A stretch of 64,000 nucleotides of DNA from Bacteroidota bacterium (GTDB taxonomy: Bacteria > Bacteroidota > Bacteroidia > NORP154). Numbering within the stretch: position 1 is the first letter of the stretch; the number at the start of each line of letters is the position of its first letter. The position numbers and the translations under genes were made by a program. The stretch is from NCBI GenBank assembly GCA_043811005.1, contig JBDRNO010000218.1, positions 6,925 to 70,924 of the forward strand, given 5' to 3'. This document shows, piece after piece, positions 18,279 to 26,779 of this stretch. Under the pieces are notes generated by a model, which made no database searches, was not told the DNA's origin, and was given only the letters and a program-made list of their open reading frames with translations.

Positions 18279-19592
18279 ATGCATAGAAGATCCTTCACCG
18301 ATACCGTCAACTACTATTTTACGCGGTTCCGGGTTCAACCACCACAGATCAGCGACCCCGTTTCTTCCGGAACGGGAGTGATCATCGTTATACCCTGTTT
18401 CAACGAGCCCGGACTTGTTGAAACATTTGAATCCTTATGGCAGTGTGAGCAACCAAAAGGCGTTGTTGAAATAATTACGGTCATCAATTCCGGAGAAGAT
18501 GCTCCTGATGAATGCATAAGGCAGAACCGCCAAACATACAATGATGCGTTGAAATGGATAGGTTCACATCAACGTGAAAAGCTCGAATTTCACATTTTGA
18601 ATATTATAAACCTCCCTAAAAAACATGCAGGTGTGGGATTGGCAAGAAAGATAGGAATGGATGAGGCATTGCACAGGTTTGAAAATATAGGCTCGGCGGG
18701 TGTGATAGTATGCCTGGATGCAGATTGTAAAGTTGCTGAAAATTATTTAACGGCAATAGAAGATAACTTTGCCCACGGCAAGACAAATGCCGGCACAATT
18801 TATTTTGAACACGATATCAATAGAAAAAATAATAAAGTTTTAATCGAGGGGATCTTAAAGTATGAACTCTTTATTCGCTATAATGTGCGAGCACTAAAAT
18901 TCAGCGGTTTTCCTTATGCATATCATACCGTTGGCTCTTGTATGGCGGTAAGAGCTGATGTTTATGCTTTAGCCGGGGGTATGAACAAGAGAAAAGCCGG
19001 GGAGGACTTTTATTTTTTACATAAAATAATTCCTCTCGGAAATTTCGTTGAGATCAATAACACCTGTGTATACCCCTCACCAAGAATATCCGACAGGGTT
19101 CCTTTTGGCACCGGCAAAACCATGCTGGACTGGGTGAAAAAACATGAAGAGCCGGCAAGAGTCAAGGGACAAGGTCTAAAAGGGGAATTTTTAACATATA
19201 ACTTCTCAACATTTGAGGACCTGCGGGCATTAGTTCTTTCAGTTGATGCCTTGTACAACTGCCATGCGAAATCAAACTACGATGAATTGATGGAAAAACT
19301 TCCCTTATCTGTCAGGATATACCTTAAAGAAGAAAATTTTCATGAAAAGTTAACTGAAATAATTCAAGAGACCTCATCCCTTGTATCATTCAGAAAACGA
19401 TTTTTTGCCTGGTTTAATGGATTGAAGATCATAAAATTCGTTCATTATGCGAGAGATCACTATTATGAACAGGTTCCGTTACATGAAGCATGTAAGCTGC
19501 TACTTCGCAATAAGAATATTAAATTTGCCGATGAAGTGAAAGAGGTGGAATTATTACAGATTTTCAGAGAGTTGGATCGGGATTCTTTATAA
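18279..19592 (+). CDS. Family 2 glycosyltransferase
   Basis: 437 aa; VIIVIPCFNEP..., DADC (DxD-like) and GEDFYF motifs. Confidence 0.6.
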   Translation: MHRRSFTDTVNYYFTRFRVQPPQISDPVSSGTGVIIVIPCFNEPGLVETFESLWQCEQPKGVVEIITVINSGEDAPDECIRQNRQTYNDALKWIGSHQREKLEFHILNIINLPKKHAGVGLARKIGMDEALHRFENIGSAGVIVCLDADCKVAENYLTAIEDNFAHGKTNAGTIYFEHDINRKNNKVLIEGILKYELFIRYNVRALKFSGFPYAYHTVGSCMAVRADVYALAGGMNKRKAGEDFYFLHKIIPLGNFVEINNTCVYPSPRISDRVPFGTGKTMLDWVKKHEEPARVKGQGLKGEFLTYNFSTFEDLRALVLSVDALYNCHAKSNYDELMEKLPLSVRIYLKEENFHEKLTEIIQETSSLVSFRKRFFAWFNGLKIIKFVHYARDHYYEQVPLHEACKLLLRNKNIKFADEVKEVELLQIFRELDRDSL

Positions 19593-19608
19593 TGTAGTGA
19601 TTAATTAT

Positions 19609-20265
19609 CTATTCAAACCTGGCTATAACCGTTTCCCTGCCAGTGACTTTTTGATTTAACTCAACATCTATCTTTATATTTAAAGGAAGTAAAAGATCCA
19701 CACGCGAGCCGAATTTTATAAATCCAAATTCATCCCCCTGCGTTACAGTATCCCCTTCCTTACAATAATAAACTATTCTTCTGGCAACAGTACCTGCAAT
19801 CTGACGAACTAATATAGAAACTTTGTCGTTTTCGATCACAACGGTTGTCCTTTCGTTCTTTGAGGAAGATTTCGGGTGCCAGGCGACTAAATTTTCTCCT
19901 GGATGATATTTAAAATATTTTATGTTTCCGCTAACAGGATACCAATTGATGTGAACATCCAAAGGTGACATAAAAATGGATACTTGCTTCCTTTTTTCAT
20001 TAAAATATTCGGTTTCTTCTACTTCTTCAATAGCTACTATCTTACCATCTGCGGATGCTAAAATATTGTTCTCGTTAATTGTAATGTGTCTGTCAGGGCT
20101 CCTGAAAAACATCAAGATCATTATTAATAAAATAACAGAAACAACAGTGCTAATAATGTTAATGGTTCTGTTTCCAGGAACAAAGTAATATAGTAAAACA
20201 TTTACAATAATTAAAACAACTATTGCAATTAAGATTATTTCATATCCTTCTTTGTGTAGAGACAT
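19609..20265 (-). CDS. psd: Phosphatidylserine decarboxylase proenzyme
   Basis: 218 aa; N-terminal TM segments; self-cleavage site context FGFIKFGSRVDLLLP. Confidence 0.85.
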   Translation of the reverse strand: MSLHKEGYEIILIAIVVLIIVNVLLYYFVPGNRTINIISTVVSVILLIMILMFFRSPDRHITINENNILASADGKIVAIEEVEETEYFNEKRKQVSIFMSPLDVHINWYPVSGNIKYFKYHPGENLVAWHPKSSSKNERTTVVIENDKVSILVRQIAGTVARRIVYYCKEGDTVTQGDEFGFIKFGSRVDLLLPLNIKIDVELNQKVTGRETVIARFE

Positions 20266-20343
20266 TATGATTTAGTATCTAAAAAGTTAAATCTTTGCCA
20301 ATTTTGGCATAAAATTTTAATAAACGTTTCGTGAAGCATAATT

Positions 20344-20482
20344 GTTACTGGTTACTGGGTGCTGAGTACTGGTAGTAATCACTTCATAAAAAATGTTATC
20401 AAAATAAACCAGAAACCAGTTACCAGCCTTCGCAGGCAGTAGCCTGCTTTGGCAGGCGAAGGCCAGCAGCCAGAAACTGTAA
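20344..20482. repeat. Word-hairpin repeat plus GC-rich palindrome
   Basis: Arm ttactggttactgggtgctgagtactggta (20344-20373) faces arm aaccagaaaccagttaccag (20406-25). It is followed by ccttc-gcaggc-agta-gcctgc-tttg-gcaggc-gaagg (20426-20461). Confidence 0.7.
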
Positions 20483-20547
20483 CTTATGTAGTAATATATT
20501 TTTGATAATTTTTATCCTGTTTCGTTCTGGTTCGTCCACCTTATAAT

Positions 20548-21387
20548 TTATCTAATCAATTGCAGGTAAATAAAAACAAAAGGTGTTGAAAGCAGCAACC
20601 CGTCAAATCTGTCTAATATTCCTCCATGGCCAGGTAATATTTTGCCGGAGTCTTTAATATTTAAGCTTCTCTTGAACAACGATTGCACCAGGTCTCCCAA
20701 TGTGCTAAAAACAATGATAATAGCAGCTATTACCAACCAATCAACAACACCAAGTTCTGTAAAATAAATTGATATAATATATGCTATCACAAAACAGATC
20801 ACTGCACCTCCAATGCTCCCTTCCCATGTCTTTTTAGGGGATATTCTTTCAAATAACCTGTGTTTTCCAAAGTTAATCCCGATCAAATACGCAACGGTAT
20901 CATAAGTCCAAAGGAGAAAAAAGAATCCCAAAAGAATGTTTGGTTGGTAGCCTATTTCCGGATCGGGACAAACAATATAATTAATCATGGAAAGCGGAAG
21001 GGCTACATAAATAATTCCCAGAAAAGTATAGGCAATATTCGTAAACGGCTTTTGTGTCTTGCGGAATAGTTCAACAATAAAAAAAAGAAACAATATGGGA
21101 ATGATTAATAAGCATGTTAATCCTTCCCAATTAAATCGAAACAAGTTGGGTGGTATGGTGAAAACAAAAAATGTGTTAGACAAAAACAAAAGGAACGCTC
21201 CTATTACTCCGATTATTTTTTGTGGTTTTATGCCGTCTTTTTCAGATAATTTGTATAGTTCCCACGTCCCTAATACAGTGATAATTGCGAAAAGGACTAC
21301 AATTGCGAGTTGAGACAAAAGTATTGAGCCGATTATTATCGCTATAAAAAATACTCCTGTTATTGTTCTAGTAATCAAATTGCTCAT
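20548..21387 (-). CDS. cdsA: Phosphatidate cytidylyltransferase
   Basis: 279 aa polytopic membrane protein; signature SLFKRSLNIKDSGKILPGHGGILDRFDGLL. Confidence 0.85.
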   Translation of the reverse strand: MSNLITRTITGVFFIAIIIGSILLSQLAIVVLFAIITVLGTWELYKLSEKDGIKPQKIIGVIGAFLLFLSNTFFVFTIPPNLFRFNWEGLTCLLIIPILFLFFIVELFRKTQKPFTNIAYTFLGIIYVALPLSMINYIVCPDPEIGYQPNILLGFFFLLWTYDTVAYLIGINFGKHRLFERISPKKTWEGSIGGAVICFVIAYIISIYFTELGVVDWLVIAAIIIVFSTLGDLVQSLFKRSLNIKDSGKILPGHGGILDRFDGLLLSTPFVFIYLQLIR

Positions 21388-21590
21388 TACAACCTATTTT
21401 TTTTAATTATATGTATAGCCCTCAAAACATCTTTTTTATTCACATATAATTCTATCTCACCGAATAAATAGGATGAATCTTTCTTATTGATATCTATTGC
21501 CTGTATTCCATTTTCAGCTAATACCCCTTTTACTATCTCAATATTATTCACTTGTGTGGAGTTGTAAATATTTACCCAATCCTTTTCCAT
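21387..21590 (-). CDS. DUF2007 (putative signal-transducing) small protein
   Basis: 67 aa; position between the LUD gene and cdsA, and the pattern W..IY......A.IVKG.L...GI, as in flavobacterial DUF2007 genes. Confidence 0.5.
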   Translation of the reverse strand: MEKDWVNIYNSTQVNNIEIVKGVLAENGIQAIDINKKDSSYLFGEIELYVNKKDVLRAIHIIKKNRL

Positions 21591-21593
21591 TAT

Positions 21594-22304
21594 TCACTTA
21601 TTATCATCCACAAGGAAAACACAGACCTCTTTCGGGCCGTGAGCACCTATTATCAGTGTTTTTTCAATATCAGCAGTTCTGCTCGGCCCGGTAATGGTAG
21701 TGATCATAGAAGGAAGCTGGTCTCCGTATTTATCCCTGATACCCTGCAAGGCATCTTTAACATCCTGTACCAATTGCGATGTATATGCCAGCACAATATG
21801 TACGTCTGGAAAAACGGCTAATCTTCTTCCGGATGTTTGTTTGGATGAAATGAGGATACTTCCTGTCCGGGCAATTAAAAATTCGCAAAATGTAATTCCA
21901 GCAATGATCTTATCTGCTTGTTCAGGGGCGGATGCTGATATTTCAGGATCACTTTTTTGACTCTCCGGCAACCCGGCATCATCAGAATATGAAATTTCCC
22001 CTTTGTTTAATAATTCTTTTATATAATTTTCCAGGCAAAAAAGATTTTCCCATTTGGTCTCATTAACCAAACGTTTTAAATTATCAATGAATTCATTTTC
22101 ATTTTCACAAAAGACAAATTTCCCTGAAACCTCTGTGAACTGGCGGGCAAAAGTAATATCCATCTCAGACCTATCAGGATCAGAATAAGCATAAATGCCT
22201 TTATTAAAATCAATCTCGCTATGTAGCGATGTATCTGTTGACTTATGAATAAGGGCTTTCCTGACATTTCTCAGGATTTTTTCTCTTGAAGCGGTTTCTT
22301 GCAT
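21594..22304 (-). CDS. LUD-domain (LutB/LutC-like) protein
   Basis: 236 aa; conserved Bacteroidota position between ftsH and cdsA; C-terminal ..ITGPSRTADIE.TL..GAHGP.. motif of LUD domains. Confidence 0.6.
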   Translation of the reverse strand: MQETASREKILRNVRKALIHKSTDTSLHSEIDFNKGIYAYSDPDRSEMDITFARQFTEVSGKFVFCENENEFIDNLKRLVNETKWENLFCLENYIKELLNKGEISYSDDAGLPESQKSDPEISASAPEQADKIIAGITFCEFLIARTGSILISSKQTSGRRLAVFPDVHIVLAYTSQLVQDVKDALQGIRDKYGDQLPSMITTITGPSRTADIEKTLIIGAHGPKEVCVFLVDDNK

Positions 22305-22397
22305 ATTATTGATTGTTTAGTCAATTACATCTAAAATCTTTGCCACATGTGGCAACAATATTTGCACAAATGCACTGGAACTATGTTATATCAATGA

Positions 22398-22475
22398 TTA
22401 CGCGAATCGTTAATCAGGCGCGAATGAAGCGAATAGTATTCGCATAATTCGAGTTGAAATTAGCGATTCGCGTAA
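22398..22475. repeat. Nested inverted repeat built from CGCGAAT words
   Basis: ttacgcgaatcg (22398-22409) is the perfect reverse complement of cgattcgcgtaa (22464-22475). Inner gcgaata-g-tattcgc palindrome. Confidence 0.7.
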
Positions 22476-22492
22476 CTTTTATCATAAAACCT

Positions 22493-24715
22493 CTAAGGTT
22501 CTGGTTTGTCCAAGTTAGGTTGTTCTTCTTCGTTTTCCTTATTTTCTTCTGCTGTTTGTTTTGCTGTTTTTTTGTCTGTTCCAATATATTGTGTCATATC
22601 TTTCAGGGCATGCTTGTTGAGGGTGGTTTCATCTGTCTTGCTTTCAATTGTTTTCTCTTTCACCTTTTTACTGGTTTTTTCGGCATGTTCCAGCACTGGC
22701 AGTTCATTAGTTCCTTTTACAGACTTTTCTTCCGTATCTTTCTCACCGAAAGGTCTTTTTCCGATCAACCGTACCAGATCATCCTTGAAGATAACTTCTT
22801 TTTTAAGTAATTCTTTGGAAATTAGCTCTAATTCTTTTCTTTTTTTTAACAGTAATTTTTTTGTTCTTTCATAAGCATCTTGCACTATATTTCTAACTTC
22901 CTCATCAATGGTTTGTCCGGTGGTTTCAGAATAGGGTTTTGTAAAAGAGTATTCCCCTTGCTGCGGGTCATAGAATGAGATATTTCCTATTTTTTCATTC
23001 ATGCCGTACATTGTAACCATACTGTATGCAACCTTAGTTACGCGTTCCAGGTCGTCTAATGCGCCTGTTGTAATTTTACCGAAGATTATTTCTTCGGCAA
23101 CTCTTCCACCCAGGGTCATACACATTTCATCTATTAGTTTCTCGGTTCGGTATAAATATTGTTCTTTTGGAAGATATTGTGCATATCCAAGCGCTGCAAG
23201 ACCCCGTGGAACAATACTCACTTTAACCAGGGGGTTGGCATGTTCTAAAAACCAACCTGCAACTGCGTGTCCTGCCTCATGATAAGCGATAATTTCTTTT
23301 TCTTCGGGTGAGATGATCTTGCTTTTCTTCTCGAGCCCCCCTATCACCCTATCAATAGCATCCTGAAAATCCTTCATGCCAACAACCTTACTATTGTTTC
23401 TAGCAGCAATCAATGCAGCTTCATTACATACATTTGCTATATCTGCTCCTGCAAACCCGGGGGTTTGGGTTGCAAGAGTTTTTGCAGAGACATCTTTATT
23501 AAATTTTATCGGTTTGAGATGAACCTCAAATATTGCCTCCCTACCTTTAATATCGGGTCTGTCAATGGCAATTTGTCTGTCAAATCTCCCACCACGTAAA
23601 AGGGCAGAATCAAGTATTTCAGGTCTGTTAGTAGCTGCTAAAATAATAACACCCGAATTGGTTGAAAAGCCATCCATTTCTGATAAAAGAGAGTTCAATG
23701 TGTTCTCCCGTTCATCATTCGCACCTGTGAACTGCGCCCTGCTTCTCGTCCTACCAACAGCATCAATTTCGTCAATAAATATGATGCTCGGGGCTTTTGC
23801 CTTGGCTTGTTTAAATAAATCCCTAACCCTTGCTGCACCAACACCTACAAACATCTCTACGAAATCAGATCCTGTAAGAGAGAAGAAAGGAACGCCTGCT
23901 TCTCCTGCAACCGCTTTAGCGAGAAGCGTTTTCCCGGTACCTGGAGGACCGATCAGTAATACCCCTTTAGGTATTTTTGCGCCTAATTTTGTGTATTTCT
24001 GAGGTTTCTTAAGAAATTCAACTATTTCCTGGATTTCTTCTTTAGCTTCTTCCAGACTGGCAACATCTTTAAAGGAAATATTTATTTCATCAGTTGAATC
24101 AATAAGCGCTGCCCTGGACTTTCCTATATTGAAAATATTGCCAGGACCACCACCAACACCTCCGCTCATTCTTCTCATAATAAATATCCAAAGAGCGATC
24201 ATAAGAATAATAGGGAAAAGCCACCCGAGCAGCTCTCCTCCCCAGTTCTTACGCTTTTCATATACAGGCTCGATAATATCTTCTTCTGCAAACTCTGCTT
24301 GTGCTTCATCTAATTTTTTTACAAATATTTCAGGAGAGCCAATAGTGAAAAAGTAGTGTGGACCTGGATTTGGCGAACCACCAATAGCTTTCTGGCTAAC
24401 CTCATTATACTTTTCATCTGGCAAGAAATCTTTTTTAATATAAATTTCAACTATTTCATTATTAACAACCACTATTCTTTCAACTTCATATTTGTTTAGC
24501 ATCTCTCTTTCAAACTCCTGCCATGTTGTATCTTTTATACTTGAACCCCAATTAAGAAACTGTATCCCGAAAAAAACAAGGGCAATGATCGCATAAATCC
24601 AATATACACTAAATTTTTTCTTTTTTTGTGGATTTGACCTTTTATAAGCACCCCCCTCACCCTTTTTTTCCTGATGATCAAATTTTCCGCTTTTATTCTT
24701 TCCTTCTTTATACAT
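22493..24715 (-). CDS. ftsH: ATP-dependent zinc metalloprotease FtsH
   Basis: 740 aa; Walker A GPPGTGKTLLAKAVAGEA, Walker B IIFIDEIDA, SRH, zinc motif HEAGHAV; Lys/Glu-rich C-terminal tail. Confidence 0.95.
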   Translation of the reverse strand: MYKEGKNKSGKFDHQEKKGEGGAYKRSNPQKKKKFSVYWIYAIIALVFFGIQFLNWGSSIKDTTWQEFEREMLNKYEVERIVVVNNEIVEIYIKKDFLPDEKYNEVSQKAIGGSPNPGPHYFFTIGSPEIFVKKLDEAQAEFAEEDIIEPVYEKRKNWGGELLGWLFPIILMIALWIFIMRRMSGGVGGGPGNIFNIGKSRAALIDSTDEINISFKDVASLEEAKEEIQEIVEFLKKPQKYTKLGAKIPKGVLLIGPPGTGKTLLAKAVAGEAGVPFFSLTGSDFVEMFVGVGAARVRDLFKQAKAKAPSIIFIDEIDAVGRTRSRAQFTGANDERENTLNSLLSEMDGFSTNSGVIILAATNRPEILDSALLRGGRFDRQIAIDRPDIKGREAIFEVHLKPIKFNKDVSAKTLATQTPGFAGADIANVCNEAALIAARNNSKVVGMKDFQDAIDRVIGGLEKKSKIISPEEKEIIAYHEAGHAVAGWFLEHANPLVKVSIVPRGLAALGYAQYLPKEQYLYRTEKLIDEMCMTLGGRVAEEIIFGKITTGALDDLERVTKVAYSMVTMYGMNEKIGNISFYDPQQGEYSFTKPYSETTGQTIDEEVRNIVQDAYERTKKLLLKKRKELELISKELLKKEVIFKDDLVRLIGKRPFGEKDTEEKSVKGTNELPVLEHAEKTSKKVKEKTIESKTDETTLNKHALKDMTQYIGTDKKTAKQTAEENKENEEEQPNLDKPEP

Positions 24716-24774
24716 TAATGATATTTTTTTATTTTAAAATTACTTGTTATAAAATAAGTTCAGATTTTAATATT

Positions 24775-25173
24775 TTATTTCAACTTTGTTTGCTTTAAAA
24801 GACCTTCTTGACCTGATAGGTATTCGGGATCAGCATCCGCCCATAAACCTTCCAAATTATAATATTCTCTTGTTTCTTTCAGGAAAACATGCACTACAAT
24901 ATCAATATAATCCAACAATATCCATTTGGCATTTTCGTAACCTTCCTTATGCCAGGCATTTACACCTGTATGTTTTTTTACCTCTTCTTCAATGAAACTT
25001 GCTATTGCATTAACCTGTCTTGAAGAATCACCATGACAGATCACAAAATAATCGCAAAAAGCATTCTCAATTTTTTTCAGGTTAAACTTAATTATATTTT
25101 CTCCTTTTTTATCCTGAATGACTTTTATAATAAAGTCAACTAATTTTGAAGTTCCATCTGATCTTTTCCTCAT
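24775..25173 (-). CDS. rsfS: Ribosome silencing factor RsfS
   Basis: 132 aa; ..DYFVICHGDSSRQVNAIA..., W.LLDY.DIVVHVF pattern. Confidence 0.85.
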   Translation of the reverse strand: MRKRSDGTSKLVDFIIKVIQDKKGENIIKFNLKKIENAFCDYFVICHGDSSRQVNAIASFIEEEVKKHTGVNAWHKEGYENAKWILLDYIDIVVHVFLKETREYYNLEGLWADADPEYLSGQEGLLKQTKLK

Positions 25174-25431
25174 TCAAATCTAAATGTCAATATTTATAAA
25201 TCAAATTACGAAGTTAAATTCTTATTTTGCATTTGCAGGTACAAAAATAATCATTTCTTTTGCATTAAGGATATAGCTTCTCAAATTTATTGTATCCAAA
25301 TTTCAAAGAAGTCTATTTTTCCCGCAAAGAGCGCAAAGTTTTATCTTAATTAATAATAGCGAACTTTGCGGGCTTGGCGTGCTTTACGGGAGATAAAATA
25401 GCCCATTAAATTTTTGTTTATTTTTTAATCA

Positions 25432-25449
25432 ATCCGATAGCTATCGGAT
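25432..25449. repeat. 18-bp perfect palindrome atccgatagctatcggat (member of the TCCG-NN-AGCT-NN-CGGA family)
   Basis: Perfect dyad. It is a 15-bp insertion relative to the otherwise identical 28-bp sequence at 37571-37598. Confidence 0.85.
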
Positions 25450-25458
25450 TACAAAGTT

Positions 25459-26289
25459 ATGTTCTTAAAAAAAATGTATCGAAGTGAAACATTATTTATT
25501 GGACATAGGATAATAGAATTAAACTCTGTTGGCTCAACAAACAGCTATGCAAGCGAATTATTGAATCCCGATTTTAATCAAAATAATGTTATTGAGGGAA
25601 CGATAGTTCTTGCCTGGTCGCAGTATTCCGGGAGAGGTCAGAGGGGATACAATTGGAAAAGTGAACCATTTAAAAATCTTACTTTAAGCATTATCCTTTA
25701 TCCTGCATTTTTAAGGGCAGAAGAACAATTTATGCTCAATAAGGTGATCTCTCTGGGTGTTTGCGACTATGTATGTAAGGTACACCCCTGTCTCCTACCA
25801 AAGGGAGGGGAGAGCCGACACTCGAAAAGCCCTTCATCTGTGAAAATCAAATGGCCCAATGATATTAATATTGGAGATGAAAAAGTTGCAGGCATATTGA
25901 TAGAGAATTCAATAAGAAATAATAAAATTGTTAGTTCTGTCATTGGTATTGGCTTAAACGTGAACCAAACCCGTTTTAGCAGCGCTATTCCCAATCCCGC
26001 TTCGCTTAAATTAATAATAGGAAAAGATTTTGACTTGAGAACTTGCTTAAGCGAGTTGTGTTCTTTTATTGAAGCCCGTTATTTACAATTAAGATCCGGT
26101 AAAATTGAAAGAATTGATAGTGATTATTTAAAATCTCTGTACAGATACATGCAAGAGAGTTCTTATGAGATCCAGGGAAAACGATTTAGTGCAAAAATAA
26201 CAGGTGTATCAAACCAAGGAAAACTGGTTTTAGAAAAGAAAAGCGGAACTAAAGTGGAATGTGATTTTAAAGAGATTAAATTTATATAA
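25459..26289 (+). CDS. birA: Biotin--[acetyl-CoA-carboxylase] ligase
   Basis: 276 aa; GRGQRGYNWKS (GRGRxGRxW), KIKWPNDI, VAGILIE motifs. Contains an odd GC-rich ~16-aa stretch (aa 108-125). Confidence 0.8.
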   Translation: MFLKKMYRSETLFIGHRIIELNSVGSTNSYASELLNPDFNQNNVIEGTIVLAWSQYSGRGQRGYNWKSEPFKNLTLSIILYPAFLRAEEQFMLNKVISLGVCDYVCKVHPCLLPKGGESRHSKSPSSVKIKWPNDINIGDEKVAGILIENSIRNNKIVSSVIGIGLNVNQTRFSSAIPNPASLKLIIGKDFDLRTCLSELCSFIEARYLQLRSGKIERIDSDYLKSLYRYMQESSYEIQGKRFSAKITGVSNQGKLVLEKKSGTKVECDFKEIKFI

Positions 26290-26290
26290 G

Positions 26291-26464
26291 AACATAATTT
26301 CATTAATTGATTAAAAAAGAAATTATATATATAATTGAGTTAAGAATAAATAAGCTAATGTTGCTGGGTACTGGTTACTGGGTGGTTGTACTGATTTCGT
26401 AGTCTGAGTATAAAACCAACAACCCCGAACCAAGAACCCAAAGCCCAGAAACTGATTATTAAAT
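26291..26464 (+). repeat. Dispersed ~180-bp hairpin repeat, copy A
   Basis: Aligns by eye along its whole length with the reverse complement of 37415-37598. Shared segments: aacataa..attgattaaaaaa, aattgagttaa, taatgttgctgg, core gtactg..gagtataaaac.aacaacc, and terminus ctgattattaaat. Internal GGT-word arm faces an ACC-word arm. Confidence 0.8.
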
Positions 26465-26497
26465 ACTAAAAAAGTTAAGTTCTAAAATAAAGCTTTG

Positions 26498-26513
26498 TCC
26501 GCCAGCTGGCGGA
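26498..26513. repeat. 16-bp palindrome tccgccagctggcgga
   Basis: Perfect dyad; identical copies at 26742-26757 and 48182-48197. Confidence 0.85.
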
Positions 26514-26726
26514 GGCTTTGCGGGAGGATAAAACATTGCAATGGAGCGATGCGGAATTCACGAGGCATATTCGCTTAATTAAAAATCCTTTATTATCAAG
26601 TGTTTCCGATGAGTTTCACCTCAAATATTACCCCAAAACTGAACTAAATAGCACTATTTCGGGGTAATGTTTTCCTAATAGTGTTCTTTTCGCCAGATTA
26701 ATATAAAAATTGCTGTTCATTACCGG

Positions 26727-26769
26727 GAGATTCCTCACTCCTCCGCCAGCTGGCGGATCGGAATGACAG
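26727..26769. repeat. GC-rich REP-like element (gagattcctc..tccgccagctggcgga..tcggaatgacag)
   Basis: Near-identical to 15596-15633. Contains palindrome 26742-26757. Abuts the 5' end of the transposase ORF. Confidence 0.75.
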
Positions 26770-26779
26770 TGATTGTTTT

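Noticed and set aside
22351-22367. Sigma-54-like TGGCAA-N5-TTTGCA promoter
   Set aside because: GG-to-GC spacing is one nt too long, and the motif points along the plus strand where no gene follows. It more likely overlaps the palindrome at 22340-22355.
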